Shown: positions 36,530-49,787 of the stretch, one piece after another
Numbering within the stretch: the stretch's first letter is position 1
How the letters are laid out: each line of letters starts with the position of its first letter
The notes under the pieces: model-generated
The model's database searches: none
What the model was told of the DNA's origin: nothing
Seen by the model: the letters and a program-made list of their open reading frames with translations, nothing else
Translations under genes and position numbers: made by a program
Assembly (NCBI GenBank): GCA_030324005.1
Contig: JARDVH010000140.1
Coordinates: 30,016,982 to 30,080,981, forward strand
Direction of reading: 5' to 3'
DNA length: 64,000 nt
DNA from: Negaprion brevirostris
Taxonomy: Eukaryota

Positions 36530-37844
36530 ATCTATTTCACTGCTCCTGTGTCTATCTCCATGTCTAAGTTTAATCTTGATTGGAGCCACTTTGAGTGTAG
36601 TGATGACATTTAGCTGCATCACTGCCTCATCCTCAGAATCGTTTATTTGCTTAGCCCTATCCTGAGATGGCTTCACCCTTTGAACTGGGCAGCATGTGTT
36701 TTGCTTATTTTGGTAGCCTTGCCTGGGGTGAACCCTATGACTACAAGTACAGCACAGATGTGCTTACTCCTCACTGTATTGTGGAGAGACTTCCCATCAA
36801 GTTCTGGCCTTTCACTCCCTCTGGCTCCAATCGTTCTCTTTTGGAGACATGAGCAGTACCCATTGGAGACTTGGTTCTATGGTACGGGGATTGCACAAGG
36901 TTGAGGATGGTACCTTGAAGCTCCTGAGCCCCTTGTTCTGTGTTTCTGAGGAAAGGGCAAGTTCTGTGGTTTTCTTTGATTTGATTTGATTATTGTCACA
37001 TGTATTAGTATACAATGAAAAATATTATGTGCATTATACTGACAAAGCATGCCATACATAGGGAAGGAAAGGAGAGTGCAGAATGTAGTGTCTCTTGAGG
37101 TTCAGAGTTGTTTCAACTACTAGCTTCCTTTTGGTATAATATTATTAATTCCACATACTAAATGATCCCTTTGTATTTCCGGAAATGCTGGCCCACACTT
37201 AGTGTTCCGCCAATTTCTGCAGTCTTGTCAAAAAATCAGTGTCTGGCTCCCCAGGGAGTCTAGTTGCCATGTTTAACACTTGCATTGCAATATAACAGAT
37301 GGTTTAAGGTTGTAGTGATTTGATACCATATCTACCAATTCATCAGAAGATTTTGAATCTGGGACTGTTGTTCAGGTTAAGCTTTTTACAATGTAGAAAG
37401 TTGGAGCTCCATAAGCAGTCAGGAAGATGACTGTTTGCCGGTCGCCCATTTCAATCCCGTTTGCCTGGAAGAAATATTTTATTGTTTTGGTGTACAAGGC
37501 CAATCCTCCACATCTGCATCATAAGCTTTCAGTTTCCCAAATAGCAGTATTTTCACTATCTCCCCATCACTGTCTTACTGGGTTCGTTGAAAGTTAAGAC
37601 TGTCTGAAAGTTTGCTTGTTCCTTATCATCAATGTAATGACTCAAGAAGGCCGACTGTAAAGGAACATAGTTTATTACAGGATGTAAAGCAAAACCACTA
37701 CTGTGGTGCACACACACTATTCCTGCCTGGAATTACAGTTCAGCAGGCCCAGACCACTGCCTGTTACGAAGAGAACTTGTACTCAACAAGCCCCACAGGG
37801 AGATCTATCAGTAATTCCCCTTGGACCTTGTGGGGGTTATCACA
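36530..37844 (-). mobile_element. Decayed Gypsy element 5' part: LTR (37844-37633), PBS-like site, gag, protease start
   Basis: LTR TGTGA...TTACA homologous to 3813-4060; followed by ttgatgataagg (degenerate TGGCGACGAGG PBS), then LLFGKLKAYDADVEDW..YFFQANGI..SKSSDELVDMVSNHY..RLQKLAEH..RDHLVCGI and later VAPIKI..MEIDTGA (protease DTG). Confidence 0.9.
36977..37091 (-). mobile_element. Rex/Babar 3' tail inserted in Gypsy gag
   Basis: gatttgatttgattattgtcacatgtattagt...catagggaaggaaaggagagtgcagaatgtagtg is the reverse complement of 13240-13365. Confidence 0.85.
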
Positions 37845-39321
37845 ATTACTTACTGATCTTTTGTTTTTGCATTACATTCCATGGTATGTCATATAGCTTC
37901 TTTATAATGTGAAAATGCTTGAATGCAAGTCTCCTGATAACCTTGTAATAGCGTGGGTAAAGTGTAACCAGTGAAGATGAGAGGTACTACTGTAAGCATG
38001 CCAGCATTTCAGCTTGGAGATAATTGCTGTTTTATCCAAATCATCACAAAGGTTTTGCTTTGTGAATGCAATCGATTGTATGTGGACAGAAAAAAAAAAT
38101 CACATCACCCTCACTGCAGTAGCTTTTNNNNNNNNNNNNNNNNNNNNNNNNNNNNNNNNNNNNNNNNNNNNNNNNNNNNNNNNNNNNNNNNNNNNNNNNN
38201 NNNNNNNNNNNNNNNNNNNNNNNNNNNNNNNNNNNNNNNNNNNNNNNNNNNNNNNNNNNNNNNNNNNNNNNNNNNNNNNNNNNNNNNNNNNNNNNNNNNN
38301 NNNNNNNNNNNNNNNNNNNNNNNNNNNNNNNNNNNNNNNNNNNNNNNNNNNNNNNNNNNNNNNNNNNNNNNNNNNNNNNNNNNNNNNNNNNNNNNNNNNN
38401 NNNNNNNNNNNNNNNNNNNNNNNNNNNNNNNNNNNNNNNNNNNNNNNNNNNNNNNNNNNNNNNNNNNNNNNNNNNNNNNNNNNNNNNNNNNNNNNNNNNN
38501 NNNNNNNNNNNNNNNNNNNNNNNNNNNNNNNNNNNNNNNNNNNNNNNNNNNNNNNNNNNNNNNNNNNNNNNNNNNNNNNNNGGGTCATTAGATTGGTTCC
38601 ACTGGTCGGCGCAACATCGAGGGCCAAAGGGCCTGTACTGCGCTGTAATGTTCTATGTACTGGGGTCAGGCCATGTGGGGAGACTGTCAACTAAACCGTG
38701 CCTCCCTTCTAGCAGGTTTCCAGGGGCTGGCTCCTACTTAATGGCTGATCCAATGACCATGGATGAACCCCTTGGAAGCTGTGGATGTCCTTTCAGCTGC
38801 AGCACTGATGTTGGTGTGTGAACCACCACCTCTGCCTCCAAAATTCACCAGGTCTGCCTCTTGAGCCCTGGAACAGTAAATAACATAAATTGCCTTGCCT
38901 TTGAGGGTGCTTCAGCATGAAGGCACCCATTTCTTGCTCCCACATTCTCAGTGGCTGCTTCTATTGATTTAGCCTGTGAGCCACCAGCCCTCTGGGCAGA
39001 AATTTAGAGAGACAGTCCATCATCCTCAATTGGACACCACCTCTCATAGAAGTTTCGTAATTGGCTGTTGCCAATAAAACACTGCCTCAGGACCTGACAT
39101 CTGTTCGAGCAGGTTCAGGATCAGGAATACCTACATTCTGTTAAAATCCATCCAGGGCTGGGTTAATATTCTGGCACAGCATTTCACATTGCTACAACTC
39201 TCATCACCCTCTGTTCAAACAGTGACCTCAACAACAGTATTTTACCTGGTAATATATATTGCAGTTACAGAGGACGGCAGAACCAGCAGGCTGGGTGAGC
39301 AGTGCAAAGTTGTTGTGTGTT

Positions 39322-39605
39322 TAGAATCATAGAATCTCTACAGTGCAGGAGGAGGGCATTTGGCCCATCAAGCCTGCACCGCTACAATCCCACCAGGCCC
39401 TCTCCCCCTAACCCTATGTATTTACCCTGCTCGTCTCCCTGACTCGAAAGGGCAATTTATCATGACCAATTCATCTATCCCACATATCTTCGGATTGTGG
39501 AAAGAAACTGGAGCACCTGGAGGAGACCCATGCAGAAACGGGGAGAATGTGCAAACTGCACACAGACGGCAGTTGAAAGCCAGTTAAATCCAGAGTGTGA
39601 TGGTG
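39322..39605 (-). mobile_element. HE1-type SINE (5'-degenerate)
   Basis: tagaatcatagaatc tail, gaaactggagcacctggaggagacccatgcag, gggagaatgtgcaaactgcacacagac. Confidence 0.85.
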
Positions 39606-41570
39606 CAATGGCATTCATATCCAATTCAGTCCTTTATTTTTTTTTGTTTCATTTAACCTGCAGATGCTTATTTGAATGATACTTTTTTCTGCTATTTTGT
39701 GGAAACACCAACTCATTTACTTCACATTGATTAATGCTGCTATTAAAAAGGCATCAAGTAATGTCATATGAATTTATAATATGTGTTCAAATTATATACA
39801 ACATTAAAACTTGTGCCACTTTACTTCACAGTTACAGAGGAACTCAAAAAAGCTCCTGCCATAGAGTGTAAGAACATTTATATTGATCATCTGTTCATGT
39901 TATCAAATGGGCCACAAGTAATTTTCATCAAAGGAAAGGGACACAATGCATGTGCAAGTTTCCCATAATCATATTGTAACGTGGGAGAATCCACTAGCGA
40001 TTTAAGTGTAGGCGGACAGAACAGTTTGATTTACATCCTATAGTGCAGCAGTGAAAAATGGATGACCAGGAAGGGAAATATTTTAAAATCATGAGACTAA
40101 TAAGAATGTGACTGCTAAGGATAAATAAGTAGTGCAGTCAACAAGAAGAGAAGCCTCTCAAAAGGTTTGATGTACAATTGCAATGGTATTTGCTGAATTA
40201 CTGAGACTTGTACTGCAGTGTTGTTATTTGTATTTTGCTGAGGGTTTCATGAATCCTTGTTATATTAGTGGGGTTGTAGTTGTGACTGTTGCCTGCCCTT
40301 AACTTTGCTTTCGTCACTTGGTTTTGTATAGACTGATGGTTGTGCTACAATTTCCTCTGCTCTGAATGTTTGAATATAGATTTTGATGAATGTTGCTTTC
40401 AGACTACTGTAGGCACAGACCTGTCTTCAGAAATTGGTGGTAAATTTTAGCTTTCTGTGTTCATGTAAAATGGATCGTAGTGATTCGCTCCTTCTCCAAT
40501 TCCCTTTAAAATCACTTCTTTGCCATTTAAATATAAACTCTAATTTTAACCAATACAGCAGATATTTTCCTTGAAGCAATCGCATCTTTCTTGAAAAGTA
40601 TACATATTTAAAAACAATGTATAAAAAGAGGAATACACTCCATAAATGTGCTACAGTCAATGATGAAAGGGTTGGCATTACATTAAATTTTCTGTTACCA
40701 TCATCATCTGATAATTAAGGAGAAGAATGGGTCACTGTGGTGTACATATGATGGTTTGCTGCCAAATGACCCAAGGCTAAGTAAAGGGTTATGTGGGTCG
40801 CATAGTTGATTGGATCATTGCAGAATATTTCCCATATGTCGTAGGATCACCTAAAATTCTACTTCAGCCCAAGAAGTAACATGAAATTAGCCTTCAGTCT
40901 GTCTTTGTCTCTGATTGCCTTGGATGTCTTTCTCTCAGCTACACGCATTCAATGAGCAGAATATCAAACAGTGCAGAGGGAAGCAGTCAGGCGATCAGCA
41001 TTTCTGTGGCATGTTGCTAGGCTCTAATCTCACTGGCTGTCAAGGGGATAGTGCTGTATTTAATGATGTTATTGAACATGCTTTATGACTATCACGTTAA
41101 AAATGTTAGCTGAGCAAAGTTGTCATGTCAGATCAGTATGAAGATGCATTGCAACAGAATATTGAACATTAATTGGAGTTGTAGTGAAGCATATTGTTGA
41201 TACTAAGCACATGCATTACGTTCTAGGGGTTTCTTTTGAACTTGTTTCTCATCCTCTGAATGTCCACCATGAACTACTGCTCCAAAAGCATAGAGGCATT
41301 TGCTCAGGCCTCCTACCCAGTGGAAACAGGACAATAATATTCTACTGCTGTCCCTTTTCCCAATGCAGCTATCATTGTGGCCTCCAGTGGAAGTATTTCC
41401 CCAGGCCAATTGCTCAGAGGCCAGAGCACTACTGTCAGTCAGCTGGTAAGGCCAGGTAAAATGATAATCAGAACCCTGTGAAGCAGATGGGAACCTGGGG
41501 TGCACATGCTGAGTGCACACAGCCCCACAGGCATCTGGTAGGTGATGGAGCAGTTGTTCAAGATCCTTAA

Positions 41571-41940
41571 GGGGAGGTGGTGACCCAGTGATAGTATTGT
41601 TACACTATTAATCCAGAAACTCAGCTAATGTTCTGGAGACTCGGGTTCGAGTCCCTCTACAGCAAGATTTGGATTCAGTAAAAATATCTGGGATTAAGAA
41701 TCTGCTGATGACCATGAAACCATTGTCAATTGTTGTAAAAACCTATCTGGTTCACTGATGTCCTTTTGGGAAGGTAATCTGCTGATCTTACCTGGCCTTA
41801 CTCCAGAGCCACAGCAATGTAGTTGACTCCTGTATACCCTCTGAAATGGCCTGGCAAGCAACTTAGTTCAAGGACGACTAGGGATGGGCAATAAATGCTG
41901 GCCAGCCAGCGAAGCACATGTCCCACAAATGAATAAAAAA
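41571..41940 (+). mobile_element. tRNA-derived SINE2 with CR1-like tail
   Basis: gggttcgagtcc B box, gatgaccatgaaaccattgtc core, gggatgggcaataaatgctggcc...gaataaaaaa tail. Confidence 0.85.
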
Positions 41941-43194
41941 CAGGTGAATTCCTCTGTTTTGGTGTGAGTGATGGGAGGAGTAGCTATACTCTTCCAGAGC
42001 GTGGAAACCCGACTCGGCCAGCTACAACTCTGGCTCTCTCTCCCTTTTTCTGTAGCTCAGGGTACCCTATTTTGAGTTCATGACTGCAGTCCACTGAGTT
42101 CAAGACTGGGCCCTCTTGTGAAGAGATTACCTCTAATCAGACCAGGCCATTCTGATTTGGGGGAGAATTCAGCCCATAACATCCACCCATAGCTAAGACC
42201 ATAAACAGTAAAGGAACACATCTGCTGCTATTTCACAGTCTTCTTGGAAAAACACCATACTCCTCACTTCCTCAACAAGCTTGTGATTCAACAAGTGGGG
42301 GATATTCTTGGACACAAGTTAGAATTTTGCTATTGCAAATTTTACATTGTTACATACTTTCTCAAAATTATTCTTGCAAGAACAAAGTCCCAAGTGGGTT
42401 GCCTTGAAATACTGAAAAGGAAACCAAAGGCAATTATCATCAGATGTAATTTGCTGCCAAAAGATTGAATGCAATCCCAATGAAGATGAATAAAGAGTGA
42501 AGAATGTCGACGGCGTTGCAGATGTCAACCAGATGACAAGCTGAATTAACGGTCTCATTTGCTCGGGCTTTTTATATTGATTTTGGTCCAAGCCTGTGTG
42601 CCGCATGTATTAACTCTCTGAGCACTAAATTGCCGTTCAAATTTTATGCCCCAACCACAGAATTTCCTCTTTCAAGAATTTGGGTATAGCATTATTTGTA
42701 ATAATTAACTAACTTGCAAAGGCAATGATATATAGGAGCAGCAGTTTTAACTTCAAGCGCTCGATAGGAAACTGGTGGGATTAGGTCGACCGTCAATTGT
42801 ACACCCTGTCTGATTTTGCTCTTCATTGATTGCAATATTTTAATAATGCAATTATCTTGAAGTTTGTACTATGGTGATTTAGGCTGCTGTTTGACATCTG
42901 GAAGAGTTGAAGTTTCCTTCAACTCAATGTCTCTATAACTAATATACTTTTTCAGTTCTGCCCAGCACCAGCCTGAATTTGAATCTGCCTTCCTTTAGCT
43001 CGACAATCATTTGCTCAGGCTTTATTGAATGCTGCTCAGTTTTTCCTACCCTCCTCATCCAGCCCATTATCCAGTCAGGAAAGTAATGGGCAACCCAAGA
43101 CATTGGAATATTTTCTGCTGGTTATGTAATTTAAATCTGTGGGAAAATGTAAGTTAGTTAAGGCAGAGACAATGTGGCTGTATTAATGGAACTT

Positions 43195-43350
43195 TAATCT
43201 GAGGAACCAACTAGAGAACAAGCCATCCTAGACTCTATTGAGAAAGGAATAATTGGCAATCTGGGCTGGTGGTAATGTACTGAAATGGATAGAAAACTGG
43301 TTGGCAGACAGAAAACAAGGAGTAGGAATAAATGGGTCATTTTCCAAGGG
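43195..43350 (+). mobile_element. CR1 fragments (endonuclease and RT pieces juxtaposed)
   Basis: EEPTREQAILD followed within ~60 bp by WIENWLADRKQGVGINGSF. Confidence 0.7.
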
Positions 43351-45544
43351 TCAGAGAGTGACCAGTGGATTTCAAACCTGAAGGGCCAAGGGGATATCGG
43401 AAGCATAAGTTTGCATCTAGTTGGCATGGAGGGTATGAGGGGTCATGGGAAGGTGGGAGTAGAGGAACAGTGGGTTGAGGGTTAGAGGACCAAGTCCCAG
43501 AGGACTGAGGTGGGATTTGAAATCAGACTTCCTCAACAATTGCCTGCCTTGCGGCTGTCTTTACTCCCATCTGTGCTTGATGACCCAACCTCACCCCACA
43601 CTCTCACATTCTCCTTTCCCCCAGAGTGATTGGAGGCATATTTTACTGAGGCAGATCTGGCAAGTTGGGAAGTTCCCAAAAGGAACTGCCCACCGCAGTA
43701 GCCAAAATCCAGTCCTGGTTTTTGGTTTAGTATAATTTATTCTGTTCGACTGATTAATGGCACAGTTCTTGATGGATTTGCTTCCACAAAACAAACAAAT
43801 TTTTCCTAAATTCAGCATCATTTCGCAAACAAACGTCCCTGTTTTGAGGCTATAAAGAAAGTGAGTTGCAATCGCCATGTTAATGCAGTCTGTTCTGGGG
43901 GACAAACTATCATTGAGTATGTTTTGTGCAGAGTATTTACAATAAAAATTTTACATTACCAGTTACAAAATAATGCTTCTTACAAAATCTAGATTGTGTA
44001 CTGGATTTTCTCAGCTCCTATTGCCTTTCTCAAGTTGGTTTCTGATCGGAGGTATGTGCCGCGGGATGATACTATGGGGGATATTTGTTAGGGAGATGTT
44101 GGATTGCCTATCTGACTGTACTTCTCTGTGTCATGAAATAACTATGTATTTCTGGTCGGGTCTTCCACGTTTGGCTTCTCTAGACATACGGAACATACAG
44201 TCCGCCCAGAGGCGTCCATCATAGTCCTGTAGCACTAGGGGAGGAGGCTGGACATGATCTTTTTTTCAGCAGTGGCTGCCACATGCCAAGTTTAAATGTG
44301 CAATGTGAATGTTAGTGAATGGATAAAATGGTAGCGTTGGTAAGATAAGTGGATGATTGGGTAGGGTGGCTGAGGTTAGTGGCTAAAGTGGTAGGTGGGT
44401 GAGACGGTAGGTGGGTAGGGTGGCATTGCGTAGGGTGGCAGGTGAATGAGTGGGTAGGTGGGCCGGGGTGGTCAGGTCAGGTCAGGAGAGGTAGTCAGGT
44501 TGGAGTAGTCAAGTCTGGTCGAAGAGGTAGCCACGTTGGGAAGGGTAGTGGATGCTTGGGGTTATCTTGGTCAGAAGGGATGGTTAGGTCAGGTCAGGTG
44601 TTGGTCAGTGGATAGGTTGGAATTCAGGGGATGATCATTTGGGGTCTGGAAAGGTAGTTAGTTAGATTGGATCAGCAGATAATCATGAAGTAATTGGAGG
44701 TCAAGGACTAATCAGAAGGGATTGATGGGTGAATGTGAGTATTTGGAATGTCAGTTCTGTGGTTACCAGGAGTTAGACTAGGAATTTTCTGCCTAACGTT
44801 TCCTGAGTAACTATCCAAAGTACTCATGGAGAATCCTGAGAACAGAGGAATTATCCATTTGCAAGTTTAATGTTCCTAGATAATTCCCTCAGAGGGTTGT
44901 AACCTGGCCACTGACATTCTGGAGACCAGAAGATTTGGGCCTTTATGATCTTCTTGGAGAGGCAAAAAAAGATTAAAATCCAAGTCGATGAGAGGGGGAA
45001 GAATATCTGGAAACACACTTCAGTGATCAAAGCTAGTCCAGAAAATCAGCTTGACCCTGAAGAACATTATCTACCTTCTGTAAAAGGTGATCTCCAACCC
45101 AGCCAGAAGGAAACCCAAGCTGTCGATGGCAGGAATCAGCAAATCAACACTCACCGTACAAGCCAACAGCCTGTTCCATTGGTCCACTATTAGAAATTAT
45201 ATATGGAAAAATAGTCTTACTTCATCCCAAGAAAATGAACAAATCGTTCTTAGAAGACCGTTTGCATTTCCATGATCTTAATTAGATACTCAGGCACACC
45301 AACAGAGTATAAAAATAAATACCACCACCTATTATTCTAGAGTTCAGTATTAGAGTTATTTACAGCACAGAACGAGGCCACTTGGCCCATGTCAACTCTC
45401 CATGAAACAATCCACTTAGTTCCATTCACGTACTCAATCTTGAGAGTTTATTTCCTTCAAGTGCCCAGCATAGGGACAGCTAGACAATTTTTTTTTAACG
45501 ATATCTTTGCACGCACACATTTTTCCCTTTGGGCAATAGTGGGG

Positions 45545-45690
45545 CTAAGGATTCTCGAGCTGATTATCAGCCCGCTGAACTGTGTTATGAAGGCTCTTTG
45601 CATGGCCAACAAGATCTGACCTTGGTCTCGAATCAGCAGCTTCTGGTCCAGAGGTAGGGATGCTACCAGTCTACTACAAGCCCTCCTGGT
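45545..45690 (-). mobile_element. Short tRNA-derived SINE-like element
   Basis: Reverse complement cttgtagtagactggtagcatccctacctctggaccagaagct...gattcgagacc is tRNA-like with A/B boxes. Confidence 0.5.
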
Positions 45691-47534
45691 GTTGAGCCAA
45701 TGATTCCATTGCTTGGAGCATTCAAACTGACTGTTGCTGCGCAGAAAATAAATGCAGTTCTGAAGGAAACTTTTGACAAAAAATATTTGAAGGGCGCTGG
45801 GTCCCTTATTCCTTCTTGTAGTTAGATTGATTGTATACCAAAATTCAAAGGGTGCTGGTGTTGAATGTATGGATTCATACTTAGCTCAATAACTCTTCGC
45901 ACCTTCCAAGCTTGCTCAGACTATACCTGTAAGCTAAAACTGCCCACGAATAATTTATTTGTACTGTAAAGTTTATGAGAAAACGTGATGATAATACAAA
46001 ACATTTTAAAGAGCTGAAAACGGAATGAAAAGGATTGCTGACAAAATTTGAAGACCAGAATTTCACTGTTCCCATGGCAGCAGAAAACAGGTTGTTATGT
46101 CCTGCTGGAAAATGGTGTTGGCTGCAGTGGATCCACTCCCCAATGTCCTTCTTCAGACCATCAATTTTATAAGATGCAGGCGATAGGGCAGATCAGTGGC
46201 AAACACCTCAGCGATGGCTAAGTAATTGAGATTTTTCAACTGCTAATTGTCAAGTATTTTCTCCATTTTATGAGCGGCACACAGGCTGTGCTGAGGCTGA
46301 GAGACTCGCTTGAGACCTGAGTGATAGTTGAGTGGTAGAGAGGACAGGCAGCCATAGTTTAAAGCTGCCCGCTAAGCGATACCGTTATGTTTGGGGCCAA
46401 AGTGAGGGATGCCAGCCTTCCAGATCCACAGGAACCACTAGAGGCCAGGCAAGTTCTTGAGAGGCTCATCATGGTGGAGGCTTCAGTTGCCTATCGGGTT
46501 CATACTTTTCACCTTTATTTTTATTAAGATTTTTAACTTGTCCTCTCTTTCAGTTGAGGACACATCAAATCTCATAATGCGCTTTATTATCCTCAACTGG
46601 GTATTAAAAATATAAATGTCTGTATCTGACATTACGATGCACTTGGGAATTGCTCTCTGAATGCTTAGCAGCTTCATTTAAAATTCTCTGATATTCTTTT
46701 AAAAAGGGTAACCCACTTATATTAACATTTCGATTGAAAGATTAGGCATGAGGGTATAATGCAGATGTATGAATTGCTGGTACAATCATACTGGGCAACA
46801 TAATTTTCAGCAATTGAGTGCTACCTTTCAGTTTTCTGTGCCAAGTAGCTGACTTTAAACTATGATAATGGAGAATAACGAAATTACTAATACAGATATT
46901 AGCCCACAGGATTAAGTATATAGATCCCAACTTCAGTATTATCAGATTCTGAGAATTAGTGGTTTGACTGTTTGATGAGTAGTGTGAAAGGTGCTCGTAG
47001 TTATTTTCACTCTGGCAGAATGGTCTGGCAGTTGTGCACTTATTGTTCATTATGTATTTACTTTAATTTTGTTTTCCTGCAAAACGCTATCAGAGAGACA
47101 TTGACCAGTAATTTAAAAAGATGTGGAGCAGTTGCCCATCATCGCTGCTGGGAGGACGATTCCTGTGACCACTCTTGACAGTTCAGGACTTAAAAAGAAA
47201 CAGTTTTTATACTAATCTTCCAGTTCATGTTGTGTAAGCTGGAAACATGCTTGTGAAATGCAATTTTCAGAATCGTTCCTAAAGTACAGCAGAAATCAGA
47301 CTGAACATTCTGAGACCCATTTTGCTGAACTAAATGAGATTGCACCTCAGGCAAGTGTGACCCTCATTTATATTGAGTAATTATTTTGTCTCTGGTTCGC
47401 ATAAATTATAGCAATCTTAGACACTAGAGAATAGTGGTGCTGCTGACACTCGGTGTTATTAAGGTTTAATTCCATCATTATCACTGCAGTGGAAGTGATG
47501 ATGGAGGCAAATGAGCATCTCCGCCAACACATCA

Positions 47535-47611
47535 CCCCCACCACATCACCCCATTACACCTCCCCCACCACATCACCCCATTACACCTCCCCCACCACAT
47601 CACCCCATTAC
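47535..47611. repeat. 27-bp minisatellite running into a gap
   Basis: Unit cccccaccacatcaccccattacacct, about 3 visible copies. Confidence 0.9.
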
Positions 47612-48098
47612 NNNNNNNNNNNNNNNNNNNNNNNNNNNNNNNNNNNNNNNNNNNNNNNNNNNNNNNNNNNNNNNNNNNNNNNNNNNNNNNNNNNNNNNNN
47701 NNNNNNNNNNNNNNNNNNNNNNNNNNNNNNNNNNNNNNNNNNNNNNNNNNNNNNNNNNNNNNNNNNNNNNNNNNNNNNNNNNNNNNNNNNNNNNNNNNNN
47801 NNNNNNNNNNNNNNNNNNNNNNNNNNNNNNNNNNNNNNNNNNNNNNNNNNNNNNNNNNNNNNNNNNNNNNNNNNNNNNNNNNNNNNNNNNNNNNNNNNNN
47901 NNNNNNNNNNNNNNNNNNNNNNNNNNNNNNNNNNNNNNNNNNNNNNNNNNNNNNNNNNNNNNNNNNNNNNNNNNNNNNNNNNNNNNNNNNNNNNNNNNNN
48001 NNNNNNNNNNNNNNNNNNNNNNNNNNNNNNNNNNNNNNNNNNNNNNNNNNNNNNNNNNNNNNNNNNNNNNNNNNNNNNNNNNNNNNNNNNNNNNNNNA

Positions 48099-48184
48099 TC
48101 AAATAAATCGGTTGGACTAAAACCTGGTGTTGTCAGACTTTTTACTGTGTTTACCCCAGTCCAACGCCGACATATCCGCATCAT
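48099..48184 (+). mobile_element. Penelope-like pseudo-LTR end (same family as 17605-17945)
   Basis: caaataaatcggttggactaaaacctggtgttgtcagact...ccccagtccaacgccg. Confidence 0.8.
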
Positions 48185-48645
48185 GATTTTTTTCATTCCT
48201 TGGGCTTCAACAACTAGTTAAACTGGTCAGACTGTGTAATGGTGACACCTGTCCTACACTCTGCTAAAGTTGAACTCTGTGTCCTGAGATTGTATCTGGC
48301 AGTGGTACAACTACAGCTGGTCTGCAACTGGTAACCAAACCAATTCCAGGATGAACCAGGATGGCGACCATCAGGCAAATTTCTTTCGCCTAATTTATTA
48401 AGTTGTCCCACAATTTTAAAAGGATAGGTTAACAGTCCAGCGATATATTTGAAAGGCCAGACCAAAACTCTAATTCTAGGACAGAGTAGGTGCCAATGAA
48501 TCAGGATGTGGCCACTTCCAATTCTTTTGCCCCTTAAAGTTTGTCACATGACATATATAGCTCCCAAATGGTAGTAAATCTCTTCTTTGCTTCTGAGTAT
48601 GGGAAAAGAAGAGACAGTGACCTATACTGAGATGTGGAAAGGATG

Positions 48646-49785
48646 GGGGCGTTTCTCCCATCATGGCTCACTAATATTTTAATGCAAAGAGCCAGGAGAA
48701 TCATATGTGTGCCATTTGCGGGATTCCCACATGCATTCCCATTGTACACACATCTCCAAGCGCTGGACACCCAGGACTGATGTCTGCGGGCCCGCTAGCA
48801 TCTCCCACTCCATCAGTACAATTTCACTTCAGTGGGGTTCAGACTTGCTCTCCACTTTCGAGGAAGTAGTGGGAATCCCTGCTGGAGTGAAGGGGAAGCA
48901 TTGCCCCCCCGCCCCCCCCTCAAGGGGTGGAGTAGCAAGGGGATGGTGTGCCCCCTTGGCATGGGCATCCTGGCAGTGCCAATCTTTGTGCCTTCGCACT
49001 GCCCAAGGGTCAAAGAGCACACATCCACCAGACCTGGGCCAGTGCCAAGGGTGGGGGGGGGGGACTGGGCGGCATGGCCAATAGGNNNNNNNNNNNNNNN
49101 NNNNNNNNNNNNNNNNNNNNNNNNNNNNNNNNNNNNNNNNNNNNNNNNNNNNNNNNNNNNNNNNNNNNNNNNNNNNNNNNNNNNNCCCCCGGGGGGGGGG
49201 GGGGCACTGGGCGGCATGGCCAATAGGGGGCGAGACCTAGCAGGCAAGCCATAGGGGTGGGGGTTCCTGCTGCCACTCTGCAAGGGGATTGGTTGGGGCT
49301 GGCCGGAGTGGAGGTGGGGGGCCTCTGCCAGGGCGGGGTCTGCCTCCAGTAGGTGGGAGTTTGCCGGTTGGATCTGCGAGTGGGAGGGGAATTTGTCACT
49401 GCTTGGGGAGGGAGGGCTGGAGATCGGGATACTCCAGATGGGGGGAGTTCAGGGCTGGCCCAGGAATAGTCATGTGGGCCATGAGCGGGCCATGGAGGGT
49501 GCTTGGGGGTGGGGTCTCCTTTGTGGGGGTCCCAGGCTTGCCAGCTTAATCTTTGGCCAGCAAACTGCAGGCTAACAATTTAGGGTCACTGTGCATGCCC
49601 GGAACTGTCAGACTCTGATGTGAATAGGCCCTGCCCCCAAGGTTTTAATGATATTCATGATTGTGACCTCTGCATTGCACAAAGTGTGGGAGTTTTGAGT
49701 TGAACCCCACTGAAAAAGCAATCATGATTTACATCAATTTTCCTGCAACTTCAGCACTTAGAACTTTTTTTTGGGAGAATTGGCC
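48646..49785. mobile_element. GC-rich non-autonomous TIR element
   Basis: ggggcgtttctccca ... tgggagaattggcc inverted termini; internal motifs shared with 5504-6495. Confidence 0.7.
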
Positions 49786-49787
49786 TT

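Noticed and set aside
41510-41582. AHSPT...VMEQLFKILKGRW resembling a Harbinger transposase motif
   Set aside because: Very short, contains a stop, and the GRW codons overlap the adjacent SINE head; no other transposase motifs found
47535-47611. 27-bp repeat as a CRISPR-like array or mucin-like coding repeat
   Set aside because: Head-to-tail minisatellite without spacers in vertebrate intronic DNA, with no splice context
49050-49230. Direct repeat ctgggcggcatggccaatagg on both sides of a gap (similarly ctcacccct at 58321/58431)
   Set aside because: Most likely contig-end overlap across N-gaps
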